A stretch of DNA of 47,626 bases from Anaeramoeba ignava BMAN (taxonomy: Eukaryota; Protista; Anaeramoebae). The DNA lies in contig JAPDFW010000050.1 of assembly GCA_028826165.1 (NCBI GenBank), positions 1 to 47,626 on the forward strand, read 5' to 3'. This document shows, piece by piece, positions 8,503 through 22,000 of this stretch. The translations under genes were made by a program, and so were the position numbers. Position 1 is the stretch's first letter; the number at the start of each line of letters is the position of its first letter. The notes below the pieces were generated by a model. The model did no database searches. It saw only the letters and a list, made by a program, of their open reading frames with translations, and was not told the DNA's origin.

Positions 8503-11423
8503 ATGAAAATCCAAACAATCCTTTTATCATTAATTTTATTCATATTAATATTTACAGAACATACAAAATTATATGATATTTTAGAAATAAAAAAAGATGC
8601 GAGTGAAGCTGAAATTAAGAAAGCATATCATCGACTTTCTAAAAAATATCATCCAGATTTAAATCCAAGTGAAGATGCTCATGATAAATTTATAGAGTTA
8701 GCAAATGGTATATCAATTATTACATATATTTATTTTCCTTCAAGAATTTTTAACAAAAAATTTATAATTAAATTTATAATTAAATTTATATCAAAATTTA
8801 TATCAAAATTTATATCAAAATTTATAATTAAATTTATAATTAAATTTATAATTAAATTTATATCAAAATTTATAATTATATTTATATCAAAATTTATATT
8901 TATATTTATAATTAAATTTATAATTATATTTATATCAAAATTTATAATAAAATTTATAATTATATTTATAATTAAATTTATAATTAAATTTATAATTAAA
9001 TTTATAATTAAATTTATAATTATATTTATAATTAAATTTATAATTATATTTATAATTAAATTTATAATTATATTTATATCAAAATTTATATCAAAATTTA
9101 TATCAAAATTTATAATAAAATTTATAATTAAATTTATAATCAAATTTATATCAAAAATTTATAATTAAATTTATAATTATATTTGTAATTAAATTTATAA
9201 TTATATTTTGTAATTAAATTTATAATTATATTTGTAATTAAATTTATAATTAAATTTATAATTAAATTTATATCAAAATTTATAATTATATTTGTAATTA
9301 AATTTATAATTATATTTATAATTATATTTTGTAATTAAATTTATAATTATATTTATAATTATATTTATAATTAAATTTATAATTATATTTTGTAATTAAA
9401 TTTATAATTAAATTTGTAATTAAATTTATAATTATATTTATAATTAAATTTATAATTAAATTTATAATTAAATTTATAATTAAATTTTATATTTATATTT
9501 ATAATTATATTTATAATTAAATTTATAATTAAATTTATAATTAAATTTATAATTAAATTTATAATTAAATTTATAATTAAATTTATAATTATATTTGTAA
9601 TTAAATTTATAATTATATTTATAATTAAATTTATAATTAAATTTATAATTAAATTTATATCAAAATATATAATTAAATTTATAATTAAATTTATAATTAA
9701 ATTTATATCAAAATATATAATTAAATTTATAATTAAATTTATAATTAAATTTATATCAAAATTTATAATTAAATTTATATCAAAATTTATAATTAAATTT
9801 ATATCAAAATTTATATCAAAAAGCTTATGAAATTCTATCAGATCCTCAAAAAAGGAAAATTTATGATATTCATGGAGAAGAAGGACTTCAAAATAATAGA
9901 CAAGGATTTAATCCATTTGATATTTTTCAAACGTAAAATACCAGAAATTTTTCTTGAATTGAATTGAATTGAATTGAATTCAATCAAAAAACTTGAACTA
10001 GCAAAAATTTATTACAAAAACAAAATATTTGAATTATCAAAATTCACAAATGAATGAATAAATAAAAAATAGATTCACACAATCATTTCAACAAGGATTC
10101 CCATTTACATTTGAATTTGGAGGAGGATCAAGAACCAAAAAAGGAGTTAATTTAGAATTAGAACTTTTTGTCGATTTAGTTGATTTATATAAAGGAAAAA
10201 TATTCTGGATTCCTTATACAAAAAATGTAATTTGTTCATGTCCAAAAGGTGGTTATAATTGTAAAGCTTGTAATGGAAAATCAACAAAAAGATTAGATAC
10301 TGAATTGATTGTTGTTGTTGAAGCAGGAATGCATTCAGGAGATCCTATTGTATATTTTATTCATTTCAAAATCAAAATCAAAATCAAAATCAAAATTAAA
10401 ATTTAAATTAAAATCAAAATGAAAATGAAAATGAAAATCAAAATCAAAATCAAAATCAAAATCAAAATCAAAATTAAAATGAAAATCAAAATCAAAATCA
10501 AAATTAAAATTAAAATTAAAATTAAAATTAAAATTAAAATCAAAATTAAAATCAAAATTAAAATCAAATTTAAATTTAAATCAAAATCAAAATTAAAATC
10601 AAAATTAAAATCAAAATTAAAATCAAAATTAAAAGGTTTTTGAACTTGCAGGAGATGAAGAACCAAATACTATTCCAGGAGATATTACTTTTATTCTTAC
10701 TCAAACACCTCATCAATTTTTTACTAGAAATGGAGATGATCTTTATATGAAAATAAAAGTTTCACTTTTAGATGCATTAATAGGATTTAAAGTATCAATT
10801 GCTCATTTAGATGGAACAACTTTTGAAATTGAAGAAAATACAGTTACATCACCTGGTAATCTAAATCAAATTATTTAAATCAAATATTGTTTAAATTAAA
10901 TCAATTTAAATCAAAATATTTAAATCAAAATATTTAAATCAATTTTAATCGATTATTTAAATCAATTATTTAAATCAATTTAAATCAAATATTTAAATCA
11001 AATATTCAAATCAAATATTAAAGTCAATTTAAATCAATTATTTAAATCAATTTAAATCAAATATTTAAATCAAATATTTAAATCAAATATTTAAATTAAT
11101 TTAAATCAAATATTTAAATCAAATATTTAAATCAAAATATTTAAATCAAATATTTAAATCAAATATTAAAATCAATTTAAATCAAATATTAAAATCAATT
11201 TAAATCAAATATTAAAATCAATTTAAATCAAATATTCAAATTAAATATTCAAAATTGTTTGTTTTAAAAAGGAATGATTCGGAAATATTCAGGAAAAGGA
11301 ATGCCAAAAAGAAATTTTCCTTCTGATAAAGGTGATTTACTTATTGAATTTCAAGTTGATTTTCCAAAATCACTTACAGAAAATCAAAAGAAAGAAATTT
11401 CATCAATTTTCAATCAAATTTAA
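8503..11423 (+). CDS. ER-type Hsp40/DnaJ co-chaperone (ERdj3/DNAJB11-like), 320 aa; exons 8503-8707, 9824-9932, 10073-10349, 10636-10855, 11272-11423
   Basis: Signal peptide (MKIQTILLSLILFILIF), J domain with HPD continuing across intron 1 as ANAYEILSDPQKRKIYD, G/F region, short Cys segment, and C-terminal PGD...RNGDDLY...ALIGF...HLDG...GKGMP...GDL. All four introns are GT-AG and in phase. Confidence 0.9.
8757..9820. repeat. Intronic 12-bp minisatellite (AAATTTATAATT / AAATTTATATCA variants) filling DnaJ intron 1
   Basis: Directly visible. DnaJ introns 3 (~10366-10634, AAAATC/T) and 4 (~10860-11250, TTTAAATCAAATA-type) carry different repeats. Confidence 0.93.
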
Positions 11424-11639
11424 ATCAAATTTAAAATTAATTTTTTGAACATTTTTTTTTAACAAGAAAATCTAAAATTTAAATCAAAAAATAAATTAGA
11501 AAACCAATCAAATATGATTTAAAAATAAAATTTAAATTAATTTTGTTTTTGAATTTTTAATTAAAATTTTTTAAGAAGAAATCAAAATTCAAAATTCAAA
11601 TTCAAAATTCAAAATTCAAATTCAAAAATAAAAAACAAA

Positions 11640-11850
11640 AAATTAATTAAAAATTTTTAAAAAAATTAATTAATTAAAATTGATTTAAAAATTGATTAAA
11701 ATTGATTTAAAATTGATTAAAAATTGATTAAAAATTGATTAAAAATTGATTAAAAATTAATTAAAAATTAATTAAAAATTGATTAAAAATTAATTAAATA
11801 TTGATTAAAAATTGATTAAAAATTGATTAAAAATTAATTAAAAATTAATT
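11640..11850. repeat. 11-12-bp repeat (AAAAATTGATT) between the convergent DnaJ and RasGEF genes
   Basis: Directly visible. Confidence 0.85.
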
Positions 11851-14800
11851 AAAAATTAATTGGTTCGATTGAAGTAGAAAGTTCAAATAATAATTTATCT
11901 TTAATTTCAAGTGAATAAATTAAACCAATTATTTTTTGAATTGTTTTGTTTTCTTGAAATGAATAATCAAATTTTTGGAATTGATGAATTTGAAACCAAG
12001 TAAGAAAAAATCTTCTCCATTTTTTCCAATTAATTTTATTATCAATTTTAATAGGAATTTCTTGAATATAAGTAAGATCAAATAAATAAACACCAATATA
12101 AGGAACTATTGTTGATTTTGATTGTAAATAAGCAAGTCTTAATTGTTGAAAATTATCAACACTTGTTAATTCATCCAAATTTTTAAGAATTTGAACCAAT
12201 TTAATTGGAACATTTGCCCAAGTTTTTTCCAATCTAAAAACAGAAGAAGATTGAATTCCTGTCATTACTGCCATTAAATCATGGTAATTTTCTAATGTTC
12301 TTAATGCTGAAGCTAATTTTATAAAACTGCAAATAACTTCCACTCTTTTTGTTATTTCTTTTTCTTTTAGAATTGAATAAGAAACCCAAAAAGTAAATTT
12401 ATTGAATTGATTTGTCATTTTTGAAATCATTTGATTTTCTTCTTGTTTTTCTGTTTCTTTGTTTTTGTTTTTGTTTTTGTTTTTGGTATATTTTTGAATT
12501 AATTCCTGGAGTGAAATTTTTTGGAATGTTTTTGATGATTGAAGTGTTAATTGTTTAGCAAATAATTGGATGTTTAATTCTGTTATTGAAATATCTTCAA
12601 TTTTTTTGTTGTTTAATGTTTCTAAATCTGATTCTTTTGTTGTTTGATGTTGTGAATTATCGATTGATTCTTTTCGATATGCTATTCTATTTGATTTTTG
12701 GATTTCAATTTGGTTTTGGATTTGTATTTGAGTTTGAATTTGAGGTTGGATTTGGATTTTGATTTTATTTTCAATTTGATTTTTATTTTTATTTTCAATT
12801 TGGTTTTCATTTTTAATTTGATTTTTATTTTTATTTTCAATTTCAATTTGATTTTGATTTTGATTTTGATTTTGATTTTGATTTTGATTTTCAATTTGAT
12901 TTTGAGTTTGAATTTGATTTTGATTTTGATTTTGATTTTCAATTTGATTTTTATTTTCATTTTGATTTTGTTCTTCATTTTGATTTTGTTCTTGATTTTG
13001 ATTTTGATTTTGATTTTGATTTTTATTATTTTGATTTTGTTCTTGATTTTGATTTTGTTCTTCAATTTGATTTTGTTCTTCAATTTTATTTTCAATTTGA
13101 TTTTGATTTTGATTTTGATTTTCAATTTGATTTTGTTCTTCATTTTGATTTTGATTTTGTTCTTGATTTTGATTTTCAATTTGATTTTGATTTTGATTTT
13201 GATTTTGTTCTTCAATTTGGTTTTGATTTTCAATTTTATTTTCAATTTTATTTTGATTTTGTTCTTCTTTTTGATTTTGTTCTTCATTTTGATTTTGATC
13301 TTCTTTTTTATTTTGATCTTCTTTTTCATTTTGATTTTCATTTTGATTTTGTTCTTCGATTTTATTTTCAATTTCATTTTGTTCTTCAATTTGATTTTTA
13401 TTTTCAATTTGATTTTGATTTTCAATTTGATTTTGTTCTTGATTTTGATTTTGTTCTTCAATTTGATTTTGTTCTTCTTTTTGATTTTGATTTTCAATTT
13501 GATTTTGATTTTCAATTTGATTTTGAATTTGATTTTTATTTTGTTCTTCTTTTTCATTTTGTTCTTGATTTTGATTTTGTTCTTCAATTTGATTTTGTTC
13601 TTCATTTTCATTTTGTTCTTCAATTTGATTTTGTTCTTCAATTTGATTTTGTTCTTCTTTTTGATTTTGATCTTCTTTTTGATTTTGTTCTTCTTTTTGA
13701 TTTTGTTCTTCATTTTGATTTTGTTCTTCAATTTGTTTTTGATTTTGATTTTGTTCTTCAATTTTATTTTCAATTTGATTTTGTTCTTCAATTTGATTTT
13801 GATTTTGTTCTTCAATTTGATTTTGTTCTTCAATTTGATTTTGTTCTTGATTTTGATTTTGATTTTCAATTTGATTTTGATTTTCAATTTGATTTTGATT
13901 TTGTTCTTCAATTTGATTTTGTTCTTCTTTTTGATTTTGTTCTTCAATTTGGTTTTGATCTTCAATTTGATTTTGTTCTTGATTTTGATTTTGTTCTTCA
14001 ATTTGATTTTGTTCTTCTTTTTGATTTTGTTCTTCAATTTGATTTTGTTTTTGTTTTTGATTTTGTTCTTCAATTTGATTTTGATTTTGTTCTTCAATTT
14101 TATTTTCAATTTGATTTTGTTCTTCAATTTGATTTTGATTTTGTTCTTCAATTTGATTTTGTTCTTCTTTTTTATTTTGTTCTTCAATTTGATTTTGTTC
14201 TTCATTTTGATTTTGTTCTTGATTTTGATTTTGTTCTTCATTTTGATTTTGTTCTTCATTTTGATTTTGTTCTTGATTTTGATTTTGTTCTTCAATTTCA
14301 TTTTGATTTTCATTTTGATTTCCAATTTGATTTTTATTTTCAATTTGATTTTGATCTTCAATTTGATTTTGATTTTGATTTTCAATTTGATTTTGATCTT
14401 CATTTTGATTTTGTTCTTCATTTTGATTTTGTTCTTCAATTTGATTTTGTTCTTCAATTTGATTTTGTTCTTCAATTTGATTTTGTTCTTCTTTTTGATT
14501 TTGTTCTTCATTTTGATTTCCAATTTGTTCTTCAATTTTATTTTCATTTTGATTTTGTTCTTCATTTTGATTTTGTTCTTCTTTTTGATTTTGTTCTTCA
14601 ATTTGATTTTGTTCTTCTTTTTGATTTTGTTCTTCAATTTGATTTTGTTCTTCTTTTTGATTTTGTTCTTCAATTTGATTTTGTTCTTCTTTTTGATTTT
14701 GTTCTTCAATTTGATTTTGTTCTTCTTTTTGATTTTGTTCTTCAATTTGATTTTGATCTTGATTTTTATTTTGTTCTTCAATTTGATTTTTTTCTTCGTT

Positions 14801-17800
14801 TTGATTTTGTTCTTCTTTTTGATTTTGTTCTTCTTTTTGATTTTGTTCTTCAATTTGATTTTGTTCTTCAATTTGATTTTTATTTTGTTCTTCTTTTTGA
14901 TTTTGTTCTTCATTTTGATTTTGATTTTGATTTTGTTCTTCAATTTGATTTTGATTTTGTTCTTCAATTTGATTTTGATTTTGATTTTGTTCTTCAATTT
15001 GATTTTTTTCTTCGTTTTGATTTTGTTCTTCAATTTCATTTTGATTTTGATCTTCAATTTGATTTTGTTCTTCTTTTTTATTTTGTTCTTCAATTTGATT
15101 TTTTTCTTCGTTTTGATTTTGTTCTTCTTTTTGATTTTGTTCTTCAATTTGATTTTTTTCTTCGTTTTGATTTTGTTCTTCTTTTTGATTTTGTTCTTCT
15201 TTTTTATTTTGTTCTTCAATTTGATTTTTATTTTGTTCTTCAATTTGATTTTGTTCTTCTTTTTTATTTTGTTCTTCAATTTGATTTTGTTCTTCAATTT
15301 GATTTTGTTCTTCAATTTGATTTTGATTTTGATTTTGATTTTCAATTTGATTTTGATTTTGTTCTTCTTTTTGATTTTGTTCTTCAATTTTATTTTCAAT
15401 TTGATTTTGATTTTGTTCTTGATTTTTATTTTCAATTTCATTTTGTTCTTCAATTTGATTTTGATTTTGATTTTGATTTTGATTTTCAATTTGTTTTTGA
15501 TTTTGTTCTTCTTTTTCAATTTGATTTTGATTTTGTTCTTCTTCTTTTCGTTTCTGCTCTTTTAGTTTTTCAATTTCATAAAGATTTGTTAAATACAATT
15601 CAATCTCAATACCAAGTAACTGAAATTCAGGAGAATCATTCAAAAGTAGTAAATTTTGCTCAAAAGCAAACATTTTGGGGAAAGTTGATTTCATAATATT
15701 GATATGATCTTTTTGATGATATTTCAAACAATTCCTGAAAAATTTTGTTATATTCAATCGAATTTCTTTTTTTCCTTCTTCTTTAAAAGGTATAACTTTC
15801 GGAAATTGATAAATTTCAACAATTTTTTCATAAAATCTATCGCTATCTTCAAAAATAAGACTACTAAATTTAAGAAACATTTTTGTGAAATAGGAATCAA
15901 TATATCTTTGAGAAATCGCCATTTCCAATGCCTTGTTTAGTGTTGATGTGCTTATCCCAAAGAAGAAATCCAGTGTTTCAACATTTTTGAGTTTGGAATT
16001 TTTTGATCTGTTTGTAAGAAATGTAATGAATTGTTCTTTTTCAACTTGAATTTTTTCATCAACTTGCAGAAAAATTGAATTGAAACTTGAGAAGTAATCA
16101 TCCCAGAAATTATTTTCTTTGGCTTTTGAGTCTTGCTCATTATAATCTAGTGATTCCAAAGAATGTAATGGTGAAAATTCTTCTTTTTTGAAAATAACCA
16201 ATCGAATTGAAGAATTGTTTGTGATATTTTGCTGCATTAAATTCAGATGTTTTTGGATTGGAATAAGTGATTCTAGTTGATTTTTTGTGTTTGATTCTGA
16301 TGTAGAATTTTGGTGATATTTGATTAGAAATGCTTTATAAACATCATTTTTATCTGAAGATAATTTTAAATGGAAAATCAATTCATCGAATAAATAACTT
16401 GAATTTATTGTAAGATCAACAAGGAAAGTTTTTTTGATTTGCGTAAAGTTTTGAGTTGAACCCATTCCACGAAATATTGTAAAGTGGATAATTGCAGGTT
16501 TTGGTTGAAATTTGAGGAAGAAATATTCATTTGTCTAAGTTTTTTTTTAAAAGGAAATGAATTTTAGTAATTTTTGTTTATATTATTATATTTATATTAT
16601 ATTATGTTATGTTATTATTTACAATAATTGTGTCTGTATAATATGCAAAATTAAAATCTTTTTCTGAATCAAGCCAAATTCCAAAGCAATTAACTGAACT
16701 AATAAGTTGATTTAAATCAATATTTCCATTTTGATTTTGATTTTGGTTTTGATTTTCGTTTTCATCTTCATTTGGATTTCCATTTATATTTATATTTTGA
16801 TTTTGATTTATATTTTGATTTTGATTTTGATTTTGATTTTGATTTTCATTTTCATTTTCACTATTTGGAATTTCTACAAAATAATTATGATTTTCAGCAA
16901 CAACTTGACCTGAACTTTGATTTGAATATAAAAAAGTTGCTCTTGGATTAAAAAAATTCCACAAATCAAAACTATTTGCAAGTTTTTTTGTAACAACTTT
17001 TAAAAAGAAGCCAAAATCAAGATTTTCAACACGTAAAGAAGTGGATAATTTTTTCAAAGTTTTTGAAATTGAGCTTTCAACAGGAATTGAGGTTTTGAAT
17101 TGAGGATTATCATTAAAACCCTTTGGAAGAAAAATATCGATTTGGGAATATTTCTGTTTGATCATCAATGGGATATTTTTATCGATATAAGAGTCAAGAA
17201 AAACCTCAGAAGAAACGAATAAACCGCGATATTGAATCAAGATATCTCTTGTTCCCTTTTGAGAATATTTAAGGAATTTTTCTTTATCTTTACAAATATC
17301 ATATATTTCATGATTGTCAAATCCTGCGAACACACCGTTATTGGTTTCTAAGTTGTGTTTCAATGTGCATGCATTTAGTAATATTGATGCTGTTGTTTCT
17401 CTTGGATTAAATTTGAGTGTAGTTGATGTAAAATTTGGAAGTGCGATTGTAAATTGTGAAAAATTTTTTGGAGGTTCATTTGTTTGTTTTTTTTTGTTTT
17501 CATTTTCAGTTTTTTTTGGATCTGCAACTTGAACGAAATCCCATGAATTTGAAAATTCACTTTCAAATCTTTTGATTTTGTGAGTATTTTTTTGGTTTTC
17601 TTCTTGTGAGAAGTATAGAAACATTGATTTTTTTCTTTGTCTCTAAAAAAATATTTGGATATAAAATTAAATATAAAATTAAATATTAATCAAATATTAA
17701 TCAAATATAAATATAAAATTGGATATAAAATTAAATATAATATTGAATATAATATTAAATATAAATTAAATATAAAATTAAATCTAAATTGAATATAAAA

Positions 17801-18666
17801 TATAAATTGAATATAAATTAAATCTAAATTGAATATAAATTAAATATAAAATTAAATATTAATTAAATATAAAATTTATTATAAATTAAATTCAAATTTA
17901 CCAAAAGTTGTGGTTTCTCAACTTTTGTTTGAGGTGATAATATATTTTTTATATTTGTCTCTAAAAATTTCATATCCTTTTTAGAAACAAAATCTTTTGC
18001 AATTTGTAAAATAAGACCAGAAATATTTAATTGTATGCTTTTTGGGAATTTTTCTTGATATTTTTCAATAATTTCAATTAATTCAAAAAAATCTTTAAAT
18101 TTTAAATCTTTAATTTTTTCAGGAAATTTAATTGGAACAGTAACTTCTGCATTAAAATAGTCAATTACAATATCAAATAAAGAAAGCATATTGATAAAAG
18201 ATAATTGATTTTTTATTTTGGATTTTGATAATTTTGAAAAATTCGATCCAAATTGTTTTTTAATATTAACAATTGAAAAACTTTGAATTTTAATTAAAAT
18301 GGTAATTATTTTATTTTTATCCCTATTTATTTTTAAATGAAAATTTTGAATGAAAATTTTTTTTTCATTTAAAATTTTTTCTTGCTTTTTTTATACTTTT
18401 TCTCAAGAATAATTTCAAATTCCGAACGTGAAACTGTTTTGAATAAATGTGTCCAAATAATAATTACTTTTTCATTTATTGATTCTTGAATTTTTTGATT
18501 GCATTTTTTTGAGAATAAAATTGGGAGAATCTATTATATTTTTTTAATAAAAAAATTTTTATTTGCTTTTTCTTTTTCTTTTTCTTTTTTTTTAATTTTA
18601 ATTTTAATTTTAAATGCGAACTTTAATATTTTCTTCAAGATCTGTGTGTTTTTTTTGTGTAGTCAT
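11849..18666 (-). CDS. RasGEF (REM + CDC25 domain) with N-terminal ubiquitin-like/talin-F0-F1-like domains and a ~950-aa Q/N/E repeat insert, ~2101 aa; exons 18666-18622, 18530-18397, 18322-17902, 17642-16623, 16534-11849
   Basis: CDC25 motifs [56 protein letters not shown] and INWKK. REM-like STLNKALE...DSYFTKMFL. Four in-phase GT-AG introns link ORFs 17863-18189, 16602-17624 and 11849-16465; spliced length 6306 nt. The two smallest 5' exons are less certain. Confidence 0.85.
12700..15540 (-). repeat. In-frame coding minisatellite encoding EEQNQ(I/K/N) and NQ units
   Basis: Units such as GAAGAACAAAATCAAATT; all are multiples of 3 and there is no stop in the gene frame. Confidence 0.93.
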
Positions 18667-19065
18667 CAATTTGGATTGTAAATGAAAAAAATAAATTAAA
18701 ATTAAAATAAAAACAAAAATAAAATAAAAATAATCAAAATAAGAAATTTTCGAAATTAAAAAAAAAAAATAAAAAAATGAAATTTAAAATTAAAAATTAA
18801 AATAAAAATTAAAAATAAAACTGGCAAATTCAATTTTAATTTTTTAAATAAAAAAAAGGAGAAAAAAATAAATAAAAAAAATAAAAAAGGAGAAAAATAA
18901 AACTAAATAAAAAAAAAAACAAGATTAAGAAAAAAATAAAAAAATAAGAAAAGAAATTTTGCTTTTTTTAATTAAATAAAAAATAAAAGAAAAAATAATT
19001 AAATAAAAAAAAAATAAAAAAAATTTTAATTTAAAAAAATCATTTTTTTTTTCAATTATTTGAGA

Positions 19066-22000
19066 ATGAGAGAAATTGTTCATATTCAAGTAGGACAAGC
19101 AGGAAATCAAGTTGGTTCAAAATTTTGGGAAGATGTTTGTATAGAACATGGAATAAATAAGAACGGAGAATATGATGGAGATAGTGAACTTCAACTTGAA
19201 AGAATTGGTGTTTATTTTAATCAAGCTGGTGGAGGTATTTTGTTTTATTTGATTAAAAATCTTTCAATTTTTTTTTCCCTTCATTCTTTTCTTATAATTT
19301 TTTTTTTGAATTCTTACGTTTTCGTTATTTAAATTTATCTATTAAATATATAATTAAATTTATAAACAAATTCATCTATTAAATTTATAAACAAATATAT
19401 AATTAAATATATTACTAAATATATTATTAAATTTATAAACAAATTTATTATTAGATTCATTATTAAATATATTATTAAATTTATAAACAAATATATAATT
19501 AAATATATTACTAAATATATTATTAAATTTATCTATTAAATTCATTATTAAATTCATTATTAAATTCATTATTAAATTAATTATTAAATTCATTATTAAA
19601 TTCATTATTAAATTCATAAACAAATTTATAATTAAATTTATTATTAAATTTATTATTAAATATATAATTAAATTTATTATTAAATTTATTATTAAATTCA
19701 TTATTAAATTTATTATTAAATTCATTAAATTTATCTATTAAATTTATCTATTAAATATATAAATTCATTAATAAATTCATTTATTATTAAATTTATTATT
19801 AAATTTATTATTAAATTTATTATTATTAAATTCATTATTAAAATTATTAAATTCATTATTAAATTTATCTATTAAATATATTATTAAATTCATTATTAAA
19901 TTCATTATTAAATTTATTATTAAATTCATTATTAAATTCATTATTAAAATTCATTATTAAATTCATTTATTAAATTCATTATTAAATTCATAATTAAATT
20001 TATTATTAAATTTATAATTAAATACATTATTAAATTCATTATTAAATTCATTATTAAATTTATTATTAAATTTATAATTAAATTTATTATTAAATTCATT
20101 ATTAAATTTATTATTAAATATATTATTAAATTCATTATTAAATTTATAAACAAATTCATTATTAAATATATAATTAAATTTATAAACAAATTCATCTATT
20201 AAATTTATAATTAAATATATAATTAAATATATTACTAAATATATATCAAAATTTATATCAAAATATATATTAAAATTTATATCAAAATTTATATCAAAAT
20301 TTATATTAAAATTTATTTCAAAATATATATCAAAATTTATATTAAAATGTATATCAAAATTCATTATTTAAAAAAAGGACGATATGTACCAAGATCAATC
20401 TTAGTAGATTTAGAACAAGGAACTATGGATTCAGTAAAATCCGGACCTTATGGAAAATTATTCAAACCCAATAGTTTTGTACATGGAACAAGTGGGGGAG
20501 CAAATAATTGGGCGAAAGGATATTACACTGAAGGAGCAGAATTAGTGGAAAGCATACTTGAGCAAGTAAGAAAAGAAGCAGAAAATTGCGACTGTCTTCA
20601 AGGTTTTCAAATGGTTCATTCACTTGGAGGAGGAACAGGTTCAGGTTTAGGAACTCTTATTTTGTCACGAATTAGAGAAGAATTTCCAGACAGAATGATT
20701 GCTGCTTTTTCTATTATTCCTTCTAGAAAAGTTAGTGATGCTGTTGTTGAGCCTTATAATGCTACTTTGTCTATTCATCAACTCGTTGATAATGCTGATC
20801 ATGTCATGTGCATTGATAATGAGGCTCTTTATGATATTTGTAATAATACTTTGAAATTGTCAAATCCTACTTATCCTGATCTTAATCATCTTGTTTCTCT
20901 TGTTATGAGTGGGATTACTTGTTGTTTACGTTTTCCTGGTAATTTTTTTAAATATTAATTTGAAATATTATTTTTAAATATTATTTTGAAATTTTATTTA
21001 ATTTGAAATTTGAATTAATTTGGAATTTGAATTAATTTGAAATTTTTATTTAATTTGAAATTTTAATTAATTTGAAATTTAATTTAATTTGGAATTTGAA
21101 TTAATTTGAAATTTGAATTAATTTGAAATTTTATTGTATTTGAAATTTGAATTAATTTGAAATTTTAATTAATTTGAAATTTGAATTAATTTGGAATTTG
21201 AATTAATTTGGAATTTGAATTAATTTGAAATTTGAATTAATTTGAAATTTTAATTAATTTGAAATTGAATTAATTTGGAATTCGAATTATTTTGAAAATT
21301 TATTTAATTTGAAATTTTTATTGAATTTGAAATTTTAATTAATTTGAAATTTAATTTAATTTGGAATTTGAATTATTTTGAAAATTGAATTAATTTGAAA
21401 TTTTTAATTAATTTGAAATTTGAATTAATTTGAAATTGAATTAATTTGAAATTTTAATTAATTTGAAATTTATTTAATTTGAAATTTGAATTAATTTGAA
21501 ATTTGAATTAATTTGGAATTTGAATTAATTTGAAATTTGAATTAATTTGGAATTTGAATTAATTTAAATTTTATTTAATTTGAAATTTGAATTAATTTGA
21601 AATTTTATTTAATTTGAAATTTTAATTAATTTGAAATTTGAATTAATTTGAAATTTGAATAAATTTGAAATTTTATTAATTTGAAATTTTTATTTAATTT
21701 AAAATTTATTTAATTTGAAATTTGAAATTTTTATTGAATTTGAAATTTTTATTGAATTTGAAATTTTTATTGAATTTGAAATTTTTATTGAATTTGAAAT
21801 TTTTATTGAATTTGAAATTTTTATTGAATTTGAATTGTTTTGAAAAAAAAAAAATAGGACAACTTAATTCTGATTTAAGAAAATTAGCAGTCAACTTAAT
21901 CCCTTTCCCAAGATTACATTTCTTCTTTGTTGGATTTGCACCATTAACAAGACGTGATTCAGTAGGATACACTTCAATGTCCATAGCAGAACTAACACAA

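Noticed and set aside
7972-10666. ILILIL / KIKIKI / INLI ORFs here and similar ones at 19372-20364, 29178-29411 and 30073-30264
   Set aside because: Translations of intronic or intergenic microsatellites.
12682-15565. 945-aa K/I/N and 955-aa L/I/F ORFs overlapping RasGEF
   Set aside because: Shadow frames of a stop-poor repeat; no complexity or domain content.
19234-19235. Tubulin intron 1 as the ancient intron shared with vertebrate beta-tubulin codon 56
   Set aside because: By my count it lies in codon 57 (after nt 169), 3 nt from the recalled vertebrate position, so homology cannot be claimed.
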